A DNA stretch of 64,000 nucleotides from a virus (lineage: Duplodnaviria > Caudoviricetes). The position numbers were made by a program, and so were the translations under genes. The notes beneath the pieces were generated by a model, which saw only the letters and a list, made by a program, of their open reading frames with translations, searched no databases and had not been told where the DNA came from. The stretch lies in IMG/VR virus record IMGVR_UViG_3300014204_007089, positions 42,131-106,130 of that record; one strand, given 5' to 3'. This document shows positions 51,306 through 60,872 of the stretch, piece by piece; the first letter of the stretch is position 1; the number at the start of each line of letters is the position of its first letter.

Positions 51306-51411
51306 ATAAAGAAACCATTCCTTTTATCTTTAAAATAATTTTCAAATAATACCTGATCAACAGGTGGAGACCATTGTCCATAAAATTTCCTATTAAAATC
51401 TAAACCAACTT

Positions 51412-51672
51412 TCATTTTACTGCTCCTTTTATTATTTCTATAATTTTTTCATCAATTGCATCTATAAGTTTATTGCGTTCCAAATTCAAATCACATAAAT
51501 TATTTAATATATTTAACATATATTTTTTACTATCTATTGTTGTACAATATTTATTATCAAATTCTTCAAAAGTCATTCTCTTTATTTCATATAGAAATTC
51601 TTGATTTTCCCAAAGTTCATGATCTATTGTAGAAAGTTTATATATTAAATTACCAAAATTATTTTTATCCAT
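51412..51672 (-). CDS. Small helical protein, paralog of next gene
   Basis: IYKLSTIDHELWENQE...DLNLERNKLIDAIDE. Confidence 0.65.
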   Translation of the reverse strand: MDKNNFGNLIYKLSTIDHELWENQEFLYEIKRMTFEEFDNKYCTTIDSKKYMLNILNNLCDLNLERNKLIDAIDEKIIEIIKGAVK

Positions 51673-51674
51673 AA

Positions 51675-51983
51675 TTAATATGTCTTATGTTTTCTTTGAA
51701 TAAATTTTCCATTGTCTAAATTTTCACCAGAAACTGCAGAATTTATTATTTCTACAATTTTTTCATCAACCTCATCTATAAGTTGATTACGTTGATTATT
51801 CAAATCACATGCTTTTTTTAAAATATCCCAAAGTTTTTTTGCACCATCTTCTGTTTGCCAATACTTATTTTTATATTCTTCAAATGTCATTCTACGAATT
51901 TCATAAAGAATATCTTGATTATTCCACATTTTCAAATCTACTGTACATAATTTATCAATAATTCCGCCGATCGTATCGCTCAT
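51675..51983 (-). CDS. Small helical protein (DUF4254-like)
   Basis: IDKLCTVDLKMWNNQD...DLNNQRNQLIDEVDE. Confidence 0.65.
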   Translation of the reverse strand: MSDTIGGIIDKLCTVDLKMWNNQDILYEIRRMTFEEYKNKYWQTEDGAKKLWDILKKACDLNNQRNQLIDEVDEKIVEIINSAVSGENLDNGKFIQRKHKTY

Positions 51984-51989
51984 ATTTCC

Positions 51990-52463
51990 TCACAAAGTTT
52001 TAATTCCTAAATATTGTTTATTATCATAATAACTAAATTCATATCCAAAAGACTTATATAACCTAACTGCAGTAACATTATCTTTATAAACCTTTAATCT
52101 AATTTTTTCTGCTCCATTATTTTTTGCTGCTAAATGTAAAAAATTCATTAATAATTTAGAAAATCCTTTTCCACGGTAATTTTTACTTACATAAATACCC
52201 AAACAAGGAATTTTATATCCATTATCCCATCCTCTTAATAAACCATATGCAATAATTTGATCGTCTTTATCAATATCACTATCTAACATAATATAATAAA
52301 GATCTTTTCCAACATAATCAGTACAAAGGTCATATGCAAATTCATATGTAAATTCATGAGGGTGAAATTTTTTATCTTCTTTTAACTCTATAATTTCATT
52401 AAATAATTTAATTAAAAGATTACAATGTTCAATGTTTGGATATAATATTTGTAATATTTTCAT
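51990..52463 (-). CDS. GNAT acetyltransferase
   Basis: VSKNYRGKGFS, NVTAVRLYKSFGY. Confidence 0.88.
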   Translation of the reverse strand: MKILQILYPNIEHCNLLIKLFNEIIELKEDKKFHPHEFTYEFAYDLCTDYVGKDLYYIMLDSDIDKDDQIIAYGLLRGWDNGYKIPCLGIYVSKNYRGKGFSKLLMNFLHLAAKNNGAEKIRLKVYKDNVTAVRLYKSFGYEFSYYDNKQYLGIKTL

Positions 52464-52493
52464 ATGTTTCCTGTATTATTATTGTTTTTTATA

Positions 52494-53144
52494 TTATTTA
52501 AATTCAATTTTATTTTTCTTTTTAATATTTTTAAAAGCCTCTAAAGGACGTAGATTTTCTAATGCCCAACATTTTTGAAAATTTTCTTCTTCCATTGAAT
52601 TGTATGGAAGAAAAAATTGTGGAATTATATGATCAATATGCCATGTTTTTTTATTCTTATTAATTCTACCATGATTATCCCAATTCATCCAAGGTTCCCA
52701 TTGTTTTTCTAAATGTTGTTTAAATTCATTTATAGTATATGGAAGATATTGTAATATAGACTTGTCAGTTTTCGAAGAGTTTTGTTTTTTAAGTGCTTCG
52801 TTAATTAAGTGAGAAATATTATGACGCAAATTAAATGTTGGATCTTTTAATCTTCGTTTTTTTTGATAATCTTTATTATATTCTAAAATTTTATTTTTAT
52901 TTTTTAATTGATATTCTTTAATTTGTTCTTTATTATTAATATAATATTCTTTAGATTTTTCTTTAATTTTTTCTTTATTATTAATACTATATTGTTTCTT
53001 TTGTTTTAAAAACTGTTCTTTATTATTAATATAATATTCTTTTGTACATTGTTTACACTGATATTGCAATCCATCTTTAGTAGATTTTTTTGTATGAAAA
53101 TCAGATTTATTTTTTTCTATTTTACATTTATTACACATTTTCAT
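52494..53144 (-). CDS. HNH-type homing endonuclease
   Basis: CNKC...CKQC, three YxINNKE repeats, WHIDHIIP...ENLRPL...N. Confidence 0.75.
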   Translation of the reverse strand: MKMCNKCKIEKNKSDFHTKKSTKDGLQYQCKQCTKEYYINNKEQFLKQKKQYSINNKEKIKEKSKEYYINNKEQIKEYQLKNKNKILEYNKDYQKKRRLKDPTFNLRHNISHLINEALKKQNSSKTDKSILQYLPYTINEFKQHLEKQWEPWMNWDNHGRINKNKKTWHIDHIIPQFFLPYNSMEEENFQKCWALENLRPLEAFKNIKKKNKIEFK

Positions 53145-53833
53145 ATATTTTTTGTATCATTGTTTTCAAAAATAGCTTTATATAAAGCATAATCTTGATT
53201 ATTAATTTCTAAAATATAATCATTTAATTCTTTCAAATATGAATTAGAATATTCTATATTATTTTTATTAGAAATATTTAAATAATTAACTTTTATTAAT
53301 GGTGATACTTTAAGAAAATTACTTAATTTATTATAAAATTCATTCATATTCTCAAAACATCCAACAATTATATAATTTTTTTTAATATTATTTAATGCAT
53401 CAATCCAATTTTCATTTTCACGATTATTGTTTAACATTTTTACTTGTAAATTTGAAATTTCTCCATTATTAATATTATATAATGAATGTGCAAATGTTAA
53501 AGGGTCACTATTAATAATATATTTATGTGAATAATGATTTTTATTATTTAATACATGATTATAATATGATATAAATCTAGAAATAGGATTTCTCATTACT
53601 GAAATATAAACTGGAACTTTTCCATTAAAATCTTTAGGATTATCACCATAATACTGATGACCACCAAAACCTTTATATAAAGAAAAATTTTGATTATCAA
53701 TAATATTTGGAGATATAATTGTTAAATAATTATCATTAAATGCTCGCAAAAGCCAATCATGAAGTGATGTCCCGCCACATTTTGGAATGTGTGTATATAT
53801 TAATATTTCATTATTTTGGTCAAAAGTTTTCAT
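53141..53833 (-). CDS. Sulfotransferase (family 2-like)
   Basis: HIPKCGGTS, MRNPISRFISYY; paralog of 46107..46793. Confidence 0.85.
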   Translation of the reverse strand: MKTFDQNNEILIYTHIPKCGGTSLHDWLLRAFNDNYLTIISPNIIDNQNFSLYKGFGGHQYYGDNPKDFNGKVPVYISVMRNPISRFISYYNHVLNNKNHYSHKYIINSDPLTFAHSLYNINNGEISNLQVKMLNNNRENENWIDALNNIKKNYIIVGCFENMNEFYNKLSNFLKVSPLIKVNYLNISNKNNIEYSNSYLKELNDYILEINNQDYALYKAIFENNDTKNI

Positions 53834-54702
53834 ATATTATTTTCTATTATTTTAAATATAAGCATTGGATTCATCTCTCTACTTCCAATGATCGTTGCTT
53901 TATAAGTCATTGGTAAATTTACTATCCAATAAAAATTTTCCCTTATACAAAAATCAATGAATTTTACATTTCTATTATAATTATATTTAGTTATTGCAAA
54001 CATATAAGGACTAGAATGTCTTCCAATTATTATATCACATTCTGTAGATAAATAACTATTTTCATTTAAATCACATTCATTACTATTAATAATATTTTTT
54101 GTAAAATGTATATTCTCACTATTTTTAATATAACTATCTTCATTAGATAATAAAAACAAATATTCAGGATATTTATTTGCAAGTGAATTTATAATATCAC
54201 TAAACGAAAAATTAATAGATTGTGCAGAGTGAACAGTACCATTTGAAATAAATATTTTTTTTCTATCTTTATTAGTATTTAAAAATTTCTTTGCATTTTC
54301 TATATTAAATTTGTTATAATCAATTTCTGGAAAAAATGTCCATAAATCTTCTGTTGAAATATCCTTATCAAAATATACTTTAAATATATTTGTAAAATGT
54401 TCATATAAAGTATCAAATGATACTCCATATTTATTATAAATAGTCATATCAATTGCAAACCACGTATTTAAATATAATATATTATCTTTTATAAAACAAG
54501 GGGTGCGATGTTCTACATTAATTGGGGTTTTACATGGAATACCTAAATCTTTATATAAATTAAGTGGTACATTTTGATAATGTTCACATTCTAAACCAAG
54601 TGATTTAACATAATTATAAGTATAATTAACAAAAGATCTTCCACAATGCAAATCACCATTGTGCCACAAATTAAATAATATAACTTTATTAAATTTATCC
54701 AT
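53830..54702 (-). CDS. Putative glycosyltransferase (GT-B-like)
   Basis: WHNGDLH, IIGRHSSP; in glycan cluster. Confidence 0.45.
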   Translation of the reverse strand: MDKFNKVILFNLWHNGDLHCGRSFVNYTYNYVKSLGLECEHYQNVPLNLYKDLGIPCKTPINVEHRTPCFIKDNILYLNTWFAIDMTIYNKYGVSFDTLYEHFTNIFKVYFDKDISTEDLWTFFPEIDYNKFNIENAKKFLNTNKDRKKIFISNGTVHSAQSINFSFSDIINSLANKYPEYLFLLSNEDSYIKNSENIHFTKNIINSNECDLNENSYLSTECDIIIGRHSSPYMFAITKYNYNRNVKFIDFCIRENFYWIVNLPMTYKATIIGSREMNPMLIFKIIENNI

Positions 54703-54732
54703 AATTTACACCAAGTATTAATTATAATTATA

Positions 54733-55470
54733 TCAAATCAAAATCCAATCTGTAGGAATTAAATCATCAATTGGATTTAATTTTTTCAATTTTGGACCAA
54801 ACCAATTATTAGGAGCTATTATTACTTTATTACTATGTTTACTTAACCAAGCAGCCCACCAAGAAAACGAACTATTTGCAATAATAAAATGATTACACGC
54901 TGACATTAATTTAAAATCAATAACAGATGATCCTGTCTCATTTATTATAAATTGATTTCCAATAAAATTTTTTCTACACCATTTTATATCATCTGAAAAT
55001 ATTATATATTTTTCACATGGTATTTTTTTCATAGCTTCATTATAATATTTCATTGTTTGAATTGAATGATAATCAAAAAATTTTATATAATCACCATGTC
55101 TTATATGTATTGCACAAATATCTTTATATTTATTATGATTTTCAGGATTTTTAAATTCAAAACATTCTTTTATATAATTAGTACAATTATCAAAATATTT
55201 ACAACTTTGAAAATATCCAAACAAATCACAATTCTTTTTAAATGGAATTTTATTATATCTAAAATTAGATTCTTTATAAGTATTATCGAATTTTATTTTA
55301 TTAATATTTACAAAATATTCATCTGATATAGCAAACTCATTCTGATGCTCCCATTTTGGGAATATATATGGTACTTTATATTTTTTAGCATATCCAATAG
55401 TTGCAGCTATTTGAAACAACATATTCCCACGTTGACCATATGTGCCTAATTTACTAAAAGTTACTGTCAT
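54733..55470 (-). CDS. GT11 alpha-1,2-fucosyltransferase-like
   Basis: GQRGNMLFQ, GYFQS, IHIRHGDY, FSDD, IANSSFSWWAAWL. Confidence 0.9.
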   Translation of the reverse strand: MTVTFSKLGTYGQRGNMLFQIAATIGYAKKYKVPYIFPKWEHQNEFAISDEYFVNINKIKFDNTYKESNFRYNKIPFKKNCDLFGYFQSCKYFDNCTNYIKECFEFKNPENHNKYKDICAIHIRHGDYIKFFDYHSIQTMKYYNEAMKKIPCEKYIIFSDDIKWCRKNFIGNQFIINETGSSVIDFKLMSACNHFIIANSSFSWWAAWLSKHSNKVIIAPNNWFGPKLKKLNPIDDLIPTDWILI

Positions 55471-56207
55471 TAAAACTCTTTCAAAATATTGTATGGTTTA
55501 CTTGCTCTAATTTTTTTTTCTAAATATATTTGTCTTATTCTATCAACCTTACTATCATTAATTTCAGATTCACAATTATAAATATATAAAACATCAGAAA
55601 TAAAAGATTGATTAATACCAGCCATTTCTAACATAGGAAACATTGCTGCTAAATCACTAGTCATATCAAAAAATTTTCCATTCTCCATAAAATCTTCTTT
55701 ATTTATTTTTTTAAATAACCAAGCGTAATATGTTCTTAAATGTGATGAACACCAATGAAATTTTCTATAACTATTATTATCTATAATATATTTTGGAATT
55801 GGACGTGAACAACCAAGTTTATTATCTGGAAAAGATCTATATTGTCCATAAGTTATAAATATATTTTCTTTATTATATTCTTTATTTAATCTATTAAGAA
55901 CTTCAACATTAGCTAACCAATCATCACCATCTAAAACTATAATAATTTCATCATCATCGCAACTGTGAACCATATTATACATATTATTCATGGCACCTAA
56001 ACGTTCAGTATTTTTAATTAAAATACAATTATTTTTACCAAAGAATAACTTTTCTACTTCTGTAACAGTTCCATCAGATGAGCAATCATCTGTATAAATT
56101 ATTTTATAATTAGAATAATTTTGATTAAGAACAGATAAAATATTTTTATTACACCATTGTTTGTTATTATAACTTGGAATAACTATTACAAATCTTTTTT
56201 CTTTCAT
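55470..56207 (-). CDS. GT2 glycosyltransferase
   Basis: IVIPSYN, DDCSSDGT, LDGDD; start taken at MKEKR. Confidence 0.85.
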   Translation of the reverse strand: MKEKRFVIVIPSYNNKQWCNKNILSVLNQNYSNYKIIYTDDCSSDGTVTEVEKLFFGKNNCILIKNTERLGAMNNMYNMVHSCDDDEIIIVLDGDDWLANVEVLNRLNKEYNKENIFITYGQYRSFPDNKLGCSRPIPKYIIDNNSYRKFHWCSSHLRTYYAWLFKKINKEDFMENGKFFDMTSDLAAMFPMLEMAGINQSFISDVLYIYNCESEINDSKVDRIRQIYLEKKIRASKPYNILKEF

Positions 56208-56215
56208 AAAAATAC

Positions 56216-56223
56216 GATATATC
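56216..56223. promoter_or_regulatory. Palindromic GATATATC, putative shared promoter core of divergent GT genes
   Basis: Instance of the (T)GATATA(T) motif; 8 nt from the minus ATG and 7 nt from the plus ATG. Confidence 0.55.
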
Positions 56224-56230
56224 AACAAAC

Positions 56231-57175
56231 ATGGTAAAAGAAATTAATATTGTATATTATGGTCATCCTAAAAAATCTCTTGAATACGATGGTCCTGAAG
56301 GAAAAGTTTGGATAAATAATATTCGTGACAAGAATATTCCAAATGTATTTATGGGATATGAATCTTGTAAATATCCTATAAATAATGATAATTTTATAAT
56401 GCTTGAACCAATTACTGTTAGTTTAAAAGATTATGATTATTTTTATTTAAATAAATATTCTAAAATATTTTCACCATTTTATAAAGTATTTGAAAATACT
56501 AATATTAAACATAAAATTATTCCAATAAACTATGCTAGTAATGATAGATTTATTCTTAATAAAAATATAAATAGTTGTCATATTACTTATTTAGATTTTA
56601 TAAATAATTGGAATTCACATGATAATAGAATTAATGGTGCTGTAATTATCTCAGCTGATAAATTTTCAAATCACAAATCTTCTATATATGAATTACGAAA
56701 TTTTATTGGTAATATTTTATATAAAAATAAAATTATAGTTTCAAAATATGGAACATCAAGGTTACCTTTACCATATTTTAAAGGTAGAACTACAGATAAA
56801 CTTGGTGAAATTTGTAAATATAAATTTAATATCTGTACTGAAAATATTTATGATCCATTATATTCTTATAACTATTTAACTGAAAAATTACCTCATGCTA
56901 TATATGGTGGAGCTGTTCCTATATATATTGGATGTTATAATGTTGAAGATTTTGTTCCAGAAAAAGCATTTATTGATTTAAGAAAATTTATAATTACAAA
57001 AAATAATAATAAAACAATTGATGAAAAAGAACTTATAAACTATATAAAAAACTTTTCTAAACAACAATTTGAAGAATATCAGCATGCTGCTATTCAATAT
57101 ATGAAAGATCCGAAAGGTATTTTCTACCAAACAGATCCTAATAGATACTATAAAAAAATGTTAGAAATATTATAA
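56231..57175 (+). CDS. GT10 fucosyltransferase-like
   Basis: YKFNICTEN...YLTEKL...VPIYIG; the only convincing plus-strand gene. Confidence 0.8.
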   Translation: MVKEINIVYYGHPKKSLEYDGPEGKVWINNIRDKNIPNVFMGYESCKYPINNDNFIMLEPITVSLKDYDYFYLNKYSKIFSPFYKVFENTNIKHKIIPINYASNDRFILNKNINSCHITYLDFINNWNSHDNRINGAVIISADKFSNHKSSIYELRNFIGNILYKNKIIVSKYGTSRLPLPYFKGRTTDKLGEICKYKFNICTENIYDPLYSYNYLTEKLPHAIYGGAVPIYIGCYNVEDFVPEKAFIDLRKFIITKNNNKTIDEKELINYIKNFSKQQFEEYQHAAIQYMKDPKGIFYQTDPNRYYKKMLEIL

Positions 57176-57910
57176 TTCTTTATATGGAATAAATAATTGT
57201 TTTTGTTTTTGAGAATATAGTCCACAATTTTTTCTAAATTGTGGGAAATTATCATTATGTTGTTTAGTTTTAAAATCTCTATATTTACCAATATCATTTA
57301 ATCCACTACCTAAATGATTACCCATTCTTTCAATATAACCAATTTTAAATCCTAAAACACGAGTTCTAACTCCAAAATCAGCATCTTCCTCTCCATAAAT
57401 TCCATATTCTGTATTAAAAAATCCAAGCATTTTATGTAACTGTTTTGTAAAAACCATACATGCAGTACCTAAATTGCCATGTGGTTTATCTTGGAATGAA
57501 TATCCATTTTTTGTAATAACTGTATATTTAGTATCTTCAAAATTTACACCAATAGCTGCAAATCCTTTATTAGCAATTAATATATTAATACATTCATCTA
57601 ACCATCCATTTGGCATTTTAACATCATTATCAATTGTACAATACCATTGTGTATTTAATTCATCTGCTTTTTTCAAACCTATATTACGGCCAACAGCAAT
57701 ACCTTTATTAGAATTAACAAGATTAATATGATATTTAACATTTTCTGTATCTTGTAAAGTATTAAGATAATTAATAGTTCCATCAGTTGAACCATTATCA
57801 ATAATTACTAAATTATATGGACGATTAACAGTATTTAGTAAATCATCTAATGTTTCTTTTGTTAAATTTAATCTGTTATAAGTTACCATCATTAATGTAG
57901 TATTTATCAT
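57170..57910 (-). CDS. GT2 glycosyltransferase
   Basis: VTYNR, IDNGSTDGT, IDND, YGEEDAD; start at ATGA overlap. Confidence 0.85.
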   Translation of the reverse strand: MINTTLMMVTYNRLNLTKETLDDLLNTVNRPYNLVIIDNGSTDGTINYLNTLQDTENVKYHINLVNSNKGIAVGRNIGLKKADELNTQWYCTIDNDVKMPNGWLDECINILIANKGFAAIGVNFEDTKYTVITKNGYSFQDKPHGNLGTACMVFTKQLHKMLGFFNTEYGIYGEEDADFGVRTRVLGFKIGYIERMGNHLGSGLNDIGKYRDFKTKQHNDNFPQFRKNCGLYSQKQKQLFIPYKEL

Positions 57911-58878
57911 ATAAAACCTTCGCATATATTAAAAACATCTATTGGAGATATCCATTTTGTATATACAAATATATCATTCTCAATACCAAGTGACTCGGCA
58001 TTTTTTAATAAATCCAATGGACCATTAATTTTTCTAGATATTAATTTCGATTTAGAAATCATCATAGATATTATTAACCAATTTATATCATTTGATAATA
58101 CCATCCATGATTTTATTACTGTTTGCATTATATTTTTAAAATCATATTTATATATATTTATATTTGATCCATAAAAACTATATATATATTTTGTAAATAA
58201 TACTACCTTAAATCCTTTATTTGATACTAATTGTGCAAATTCTTTTATATTATGAATATTCCAATCTAACATATTATTATCGCAATCATTTAAAATAATT
58301 GAAATTATTTTAGTTTTATTAGAATTAAATTTTCCAGTTTTATATAAATTATCTATAAATTCTGTACCTAAATATCTGAGATTTGGAGTATAATTATTCC
58401 ATGGAATTAAAACGTTTTTATATATTTGTTCAAAAATTGGAAGATTAATTTTTTCAGGATATTTACCCCAATAACTATTTCGAATTAAATAATTATTTAA
58501 TATATTAAAATAAGCATTATCATTTTTATCAAAAAATATTGGAACTGGATAATTTTTTAAATTTTCCTCTGTAATTTTTATATTACTTAATGTACATAAT
58601 CCTTGAAATTTTACAAAATCATAATACTCAAAATTTCCAATCCATGATAATTTATTATTATTTACTGTATGTTTAATAGCTTCAGCTGCACATAATGAAA
58701 TGAAAGATTCTAATATTCCACCAAATGCCGTTATTATAATATGTTTATCTTTTAAAACATCATTCCAAATTTGTCCATCAATTTCTGGAATAATATATTT
58801 ACCACGTTCAATTTTCCATGGAATTCCAGCTGAAAATGGAAAAAATTTGGATTTATATTTTATTTTTTTACGTGACAT
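57907..58878 (-). CDS. Hypothetical protein, possibly divergent GT-B
   Basis: 323 aa within GT operon; no clear motif. Confidence 0.45.
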   Translation of the reverse strand: MSRKKIKYKSKFFPFSAGIPWKIERGKYIIPEIDGQIWNDVLKDKHIIITAFGGILESFISLCAAEAIKHTVNNNKLSWIGNFEYYDFVKFQGLCTLSNIKITEENLKNYPVPIFFDKNDNAYFNILNNYLIRNSYWGKYPEKINLPIFEQIYKNVLIPWNNYTPNLRYLGTEFIDNLYKTGKFNSNKTKIISIILNDCDNNMLDWNIHNIKEFAQLVSNKGFKVVLFTKYIYSFYGSNINIYKYDFKNIMQTVIKSWMVLSNDINWLIISMMISKSKLISRKINGPLDLLKNAESLGIENDIFVYTKWISPIDVFNICEGFI

Positions 58879-58935
58879 TTTGTAAATTGATTTTATTTTT
58901 TATTAATTAAAAAAGAGAGTTAGGGGTTTAACAAA

Positions 58936-59724
58936 CTAATCTGCTTTATTGAATTTTCCATCCCATTTATTTTTAAATGTCTTTAAATTATGATTCCACA
59001 TTATTTTATTAACAGGATTTTTCTTTAATGATGCACTTTCTTCATGAAATATCTTAGTTTTTCCACAATACATAATTTTTTTATTAAGATTATATTTTAC
59101 AGATAAATTAAAATCAACATCTTCAAAACACCAAAAATATTTTTCTGAAAATCCATTTAAACCACTAATATTTGTAGTGCAAACTTTTCTAAAATATTCA
59201 GCTTTTGTTAACATACAAGCTGCTGTTACTGCTTCAGCTTCATTATTACTTCTAGATTTATCATCGTCCTTTTCACCGTGACGAAAATTGTATGGAATGT
59301 AATTATATTTTTTTGAAAAATATATTCCAGCATGTTGTAATAAATTACTATTTGGATATAAAATACGACTTCCAACTATACCTACATCACTTTTAAATAA
59401 AGAAATCATATTATCAATTGATGAATTATCTCCAAACCAAAGATCATTATTTAATAATAGAATTAAATCATTATCATCTGGTTTAATTCTATCAAATAAA
59501 ATATTCATTCCAGATGAAAATGAATTTCTATTATGACCGCAAAAATATGTTTTAATTCGATTTGATTCGATCGATTTTAAAAACTGATCCGATCCATCCT
59601 TAGATCCATTATCTTTAATATGCCAACAATAATCTAAATAGCTCAGAGATGGGATTAGAGTCTTATGCAGCCTACGGAGCATGTCTATTTGATTCCAATG
59701 TAGTGTAAGTATTTTTAATTTCAT
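58936..59724 (-). CDS. GT2 glycosyltransferase
   Basis: DNGSKDGS, LLNND, VTAACML, EDVD. Confidence 0.88.
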   Translation of the reverse strand: MKLKILTLHWNQIDMLRRLHKTLIPSLSYLDYCWHIKDNGSKDGSDQFLKSIESNRIKTYFCGHNRNSFSSGMNILFDRIKPDDNDLILLLNNDLWFGDNSSIDNMISLFKSDVGIVGSRILYPNSNLLQHAGIYFSKKYNYIPYNFRHGEKDDDKSRSNNEAEAVTAACMLTKAEYFRKVCTTNISGLNGFSEKYFWCFEDVDFNLSVKYNLNKKIMYCGKTKIFHEESASLKKNPVNKIMWNHNLKTFKNKWDGKFNKAD

Positions 59725-60434
59725 GCAAGCTCCGATTTTCGATTACTCCATAGTTGAATAAATATATTACGTGATTTTAGATACATATCCCCTAAATTAA
59801 GCTTTTTTCCTGTAACTCGACCAATATGTTTTACCGGAATATTAATTATTAAAAAATGAATTCCAAGTATTTTTGCTCTAAAAGAAAGATCTGTATCTTC
59901 AAAATATGCAAAAAATTTAGTAAAAAATGGACCTTCTTCATTTTGAATAATTAATTTATCCCATATATTTGCTGAGGCGGAAATACACCATCCGCTCATA
60001 TACCAAAATCCTCGTGAAGGAAATTTACTTGATTCACAAATAAATTGAAAATTATTATCTAAACAACCAATTGTTGGTCCAACTATTAATCCTTTTTTGC
60101 ATTCTGAAATAATATCATTAGTCCAACAATTTTCTTTATCAATAATTTTAATATCATTATTTAAGAACATAATATTTTCATATCCTAATTCTTTACTTAA
60201 AATAAATCCTTGATTACACGCTTTTCCAAATCCAAGATTAATATTATTTCTAATGATTTTAATTTTATCTGTTGAATTTAATAATTTAGTATTATCAGTA
60301 CTATTATTATCAACTAATATAATTATGTGAGATGAAGGTAATTTAGATAAACTATTCAATGTATTATTTGTATATTGAAAATTATTAAAAACTGGAATCA
60401 CTATCGCTAACTTTTTTTCATTTGAACTGTTCAT
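59721..60434 (-). CDS. GT2 glycosyltransferase
   Basis: IVIPVFN, VDNNSTD, FLNND, YFEDTD. Confidence 0.88.
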   Translation of the reverse strand: MNSSNEKKLAIVIPVFNNFQYTNNTLNSLSKLPSSHIIILVDNNSTDNTKLLNSTDKIKIIRNNINLGFGKACNQGFILSKELGYENIMFLNNDIKIIDKENCWTNDIISECKKGLIVGPTIGCLDNNFQFICESSKFPSRGFWYMSGWCISASANIWDKLIIQNEEGPFFTKFFAYFEDTDLSFRAKILGIHFLIINIPVKHIGRVTGKKLNLGDMYLKSRNIFIQLWSNRKSELA

Positions 60435-60451
60435 ATTGGCACACCTCTTGC

Positions 60452-60493
60452 TACTATAATACTATAATACTATAATACTATAATACTATAATA
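60452..60493. repeat. Tandem repeat (TACTATAA) x5
   Basis: Five exact 8-bp units in the 60435-60872 intergenic region. Confidence 0.9.
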
Positions 60494-60872
60494 AATATAT
60501 ACTAGGGTAGCTTTTTTAATTTATTTATCGATTAATAAATCGTAAAAGTAGGAATTGGGTTGATATTTTCATTAGTTTAATATTAAAGATGATATTATAA
60601 TTTATTAATTTTCGCCTTGTGAAATATTTTACCAGAAAAAATAAGTATTTAATTTAGCAAAATTAATTCTGTTTGCAAAATAATATAATATTAATTTAAC
60701 AAAAAAAATATTATTCAATTTTAAAACATATATAATAGAAATTTTGTATAAATTATAGTAGTATAGAAATTCAAATGAACCCAAATAATTTACAGAAATA
60801 ATACATTTTTATTATTAATCAGTTATCTATTTATTTTCCTTACTAATATATTTTATCAGAAAATATAAAAGA

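Larger units (their letters stand above)
49261..51415 (-). pseudogene. FkbM-family methyltransferase split by TnpB element
   Basis: 51415..51306 (MKVGL...RNGFF-AT) joined to 49909..49261 (A-EAGAVDG...LDVEGFE) restores NGFFIEAGAVDG. Confidence 0.88.
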
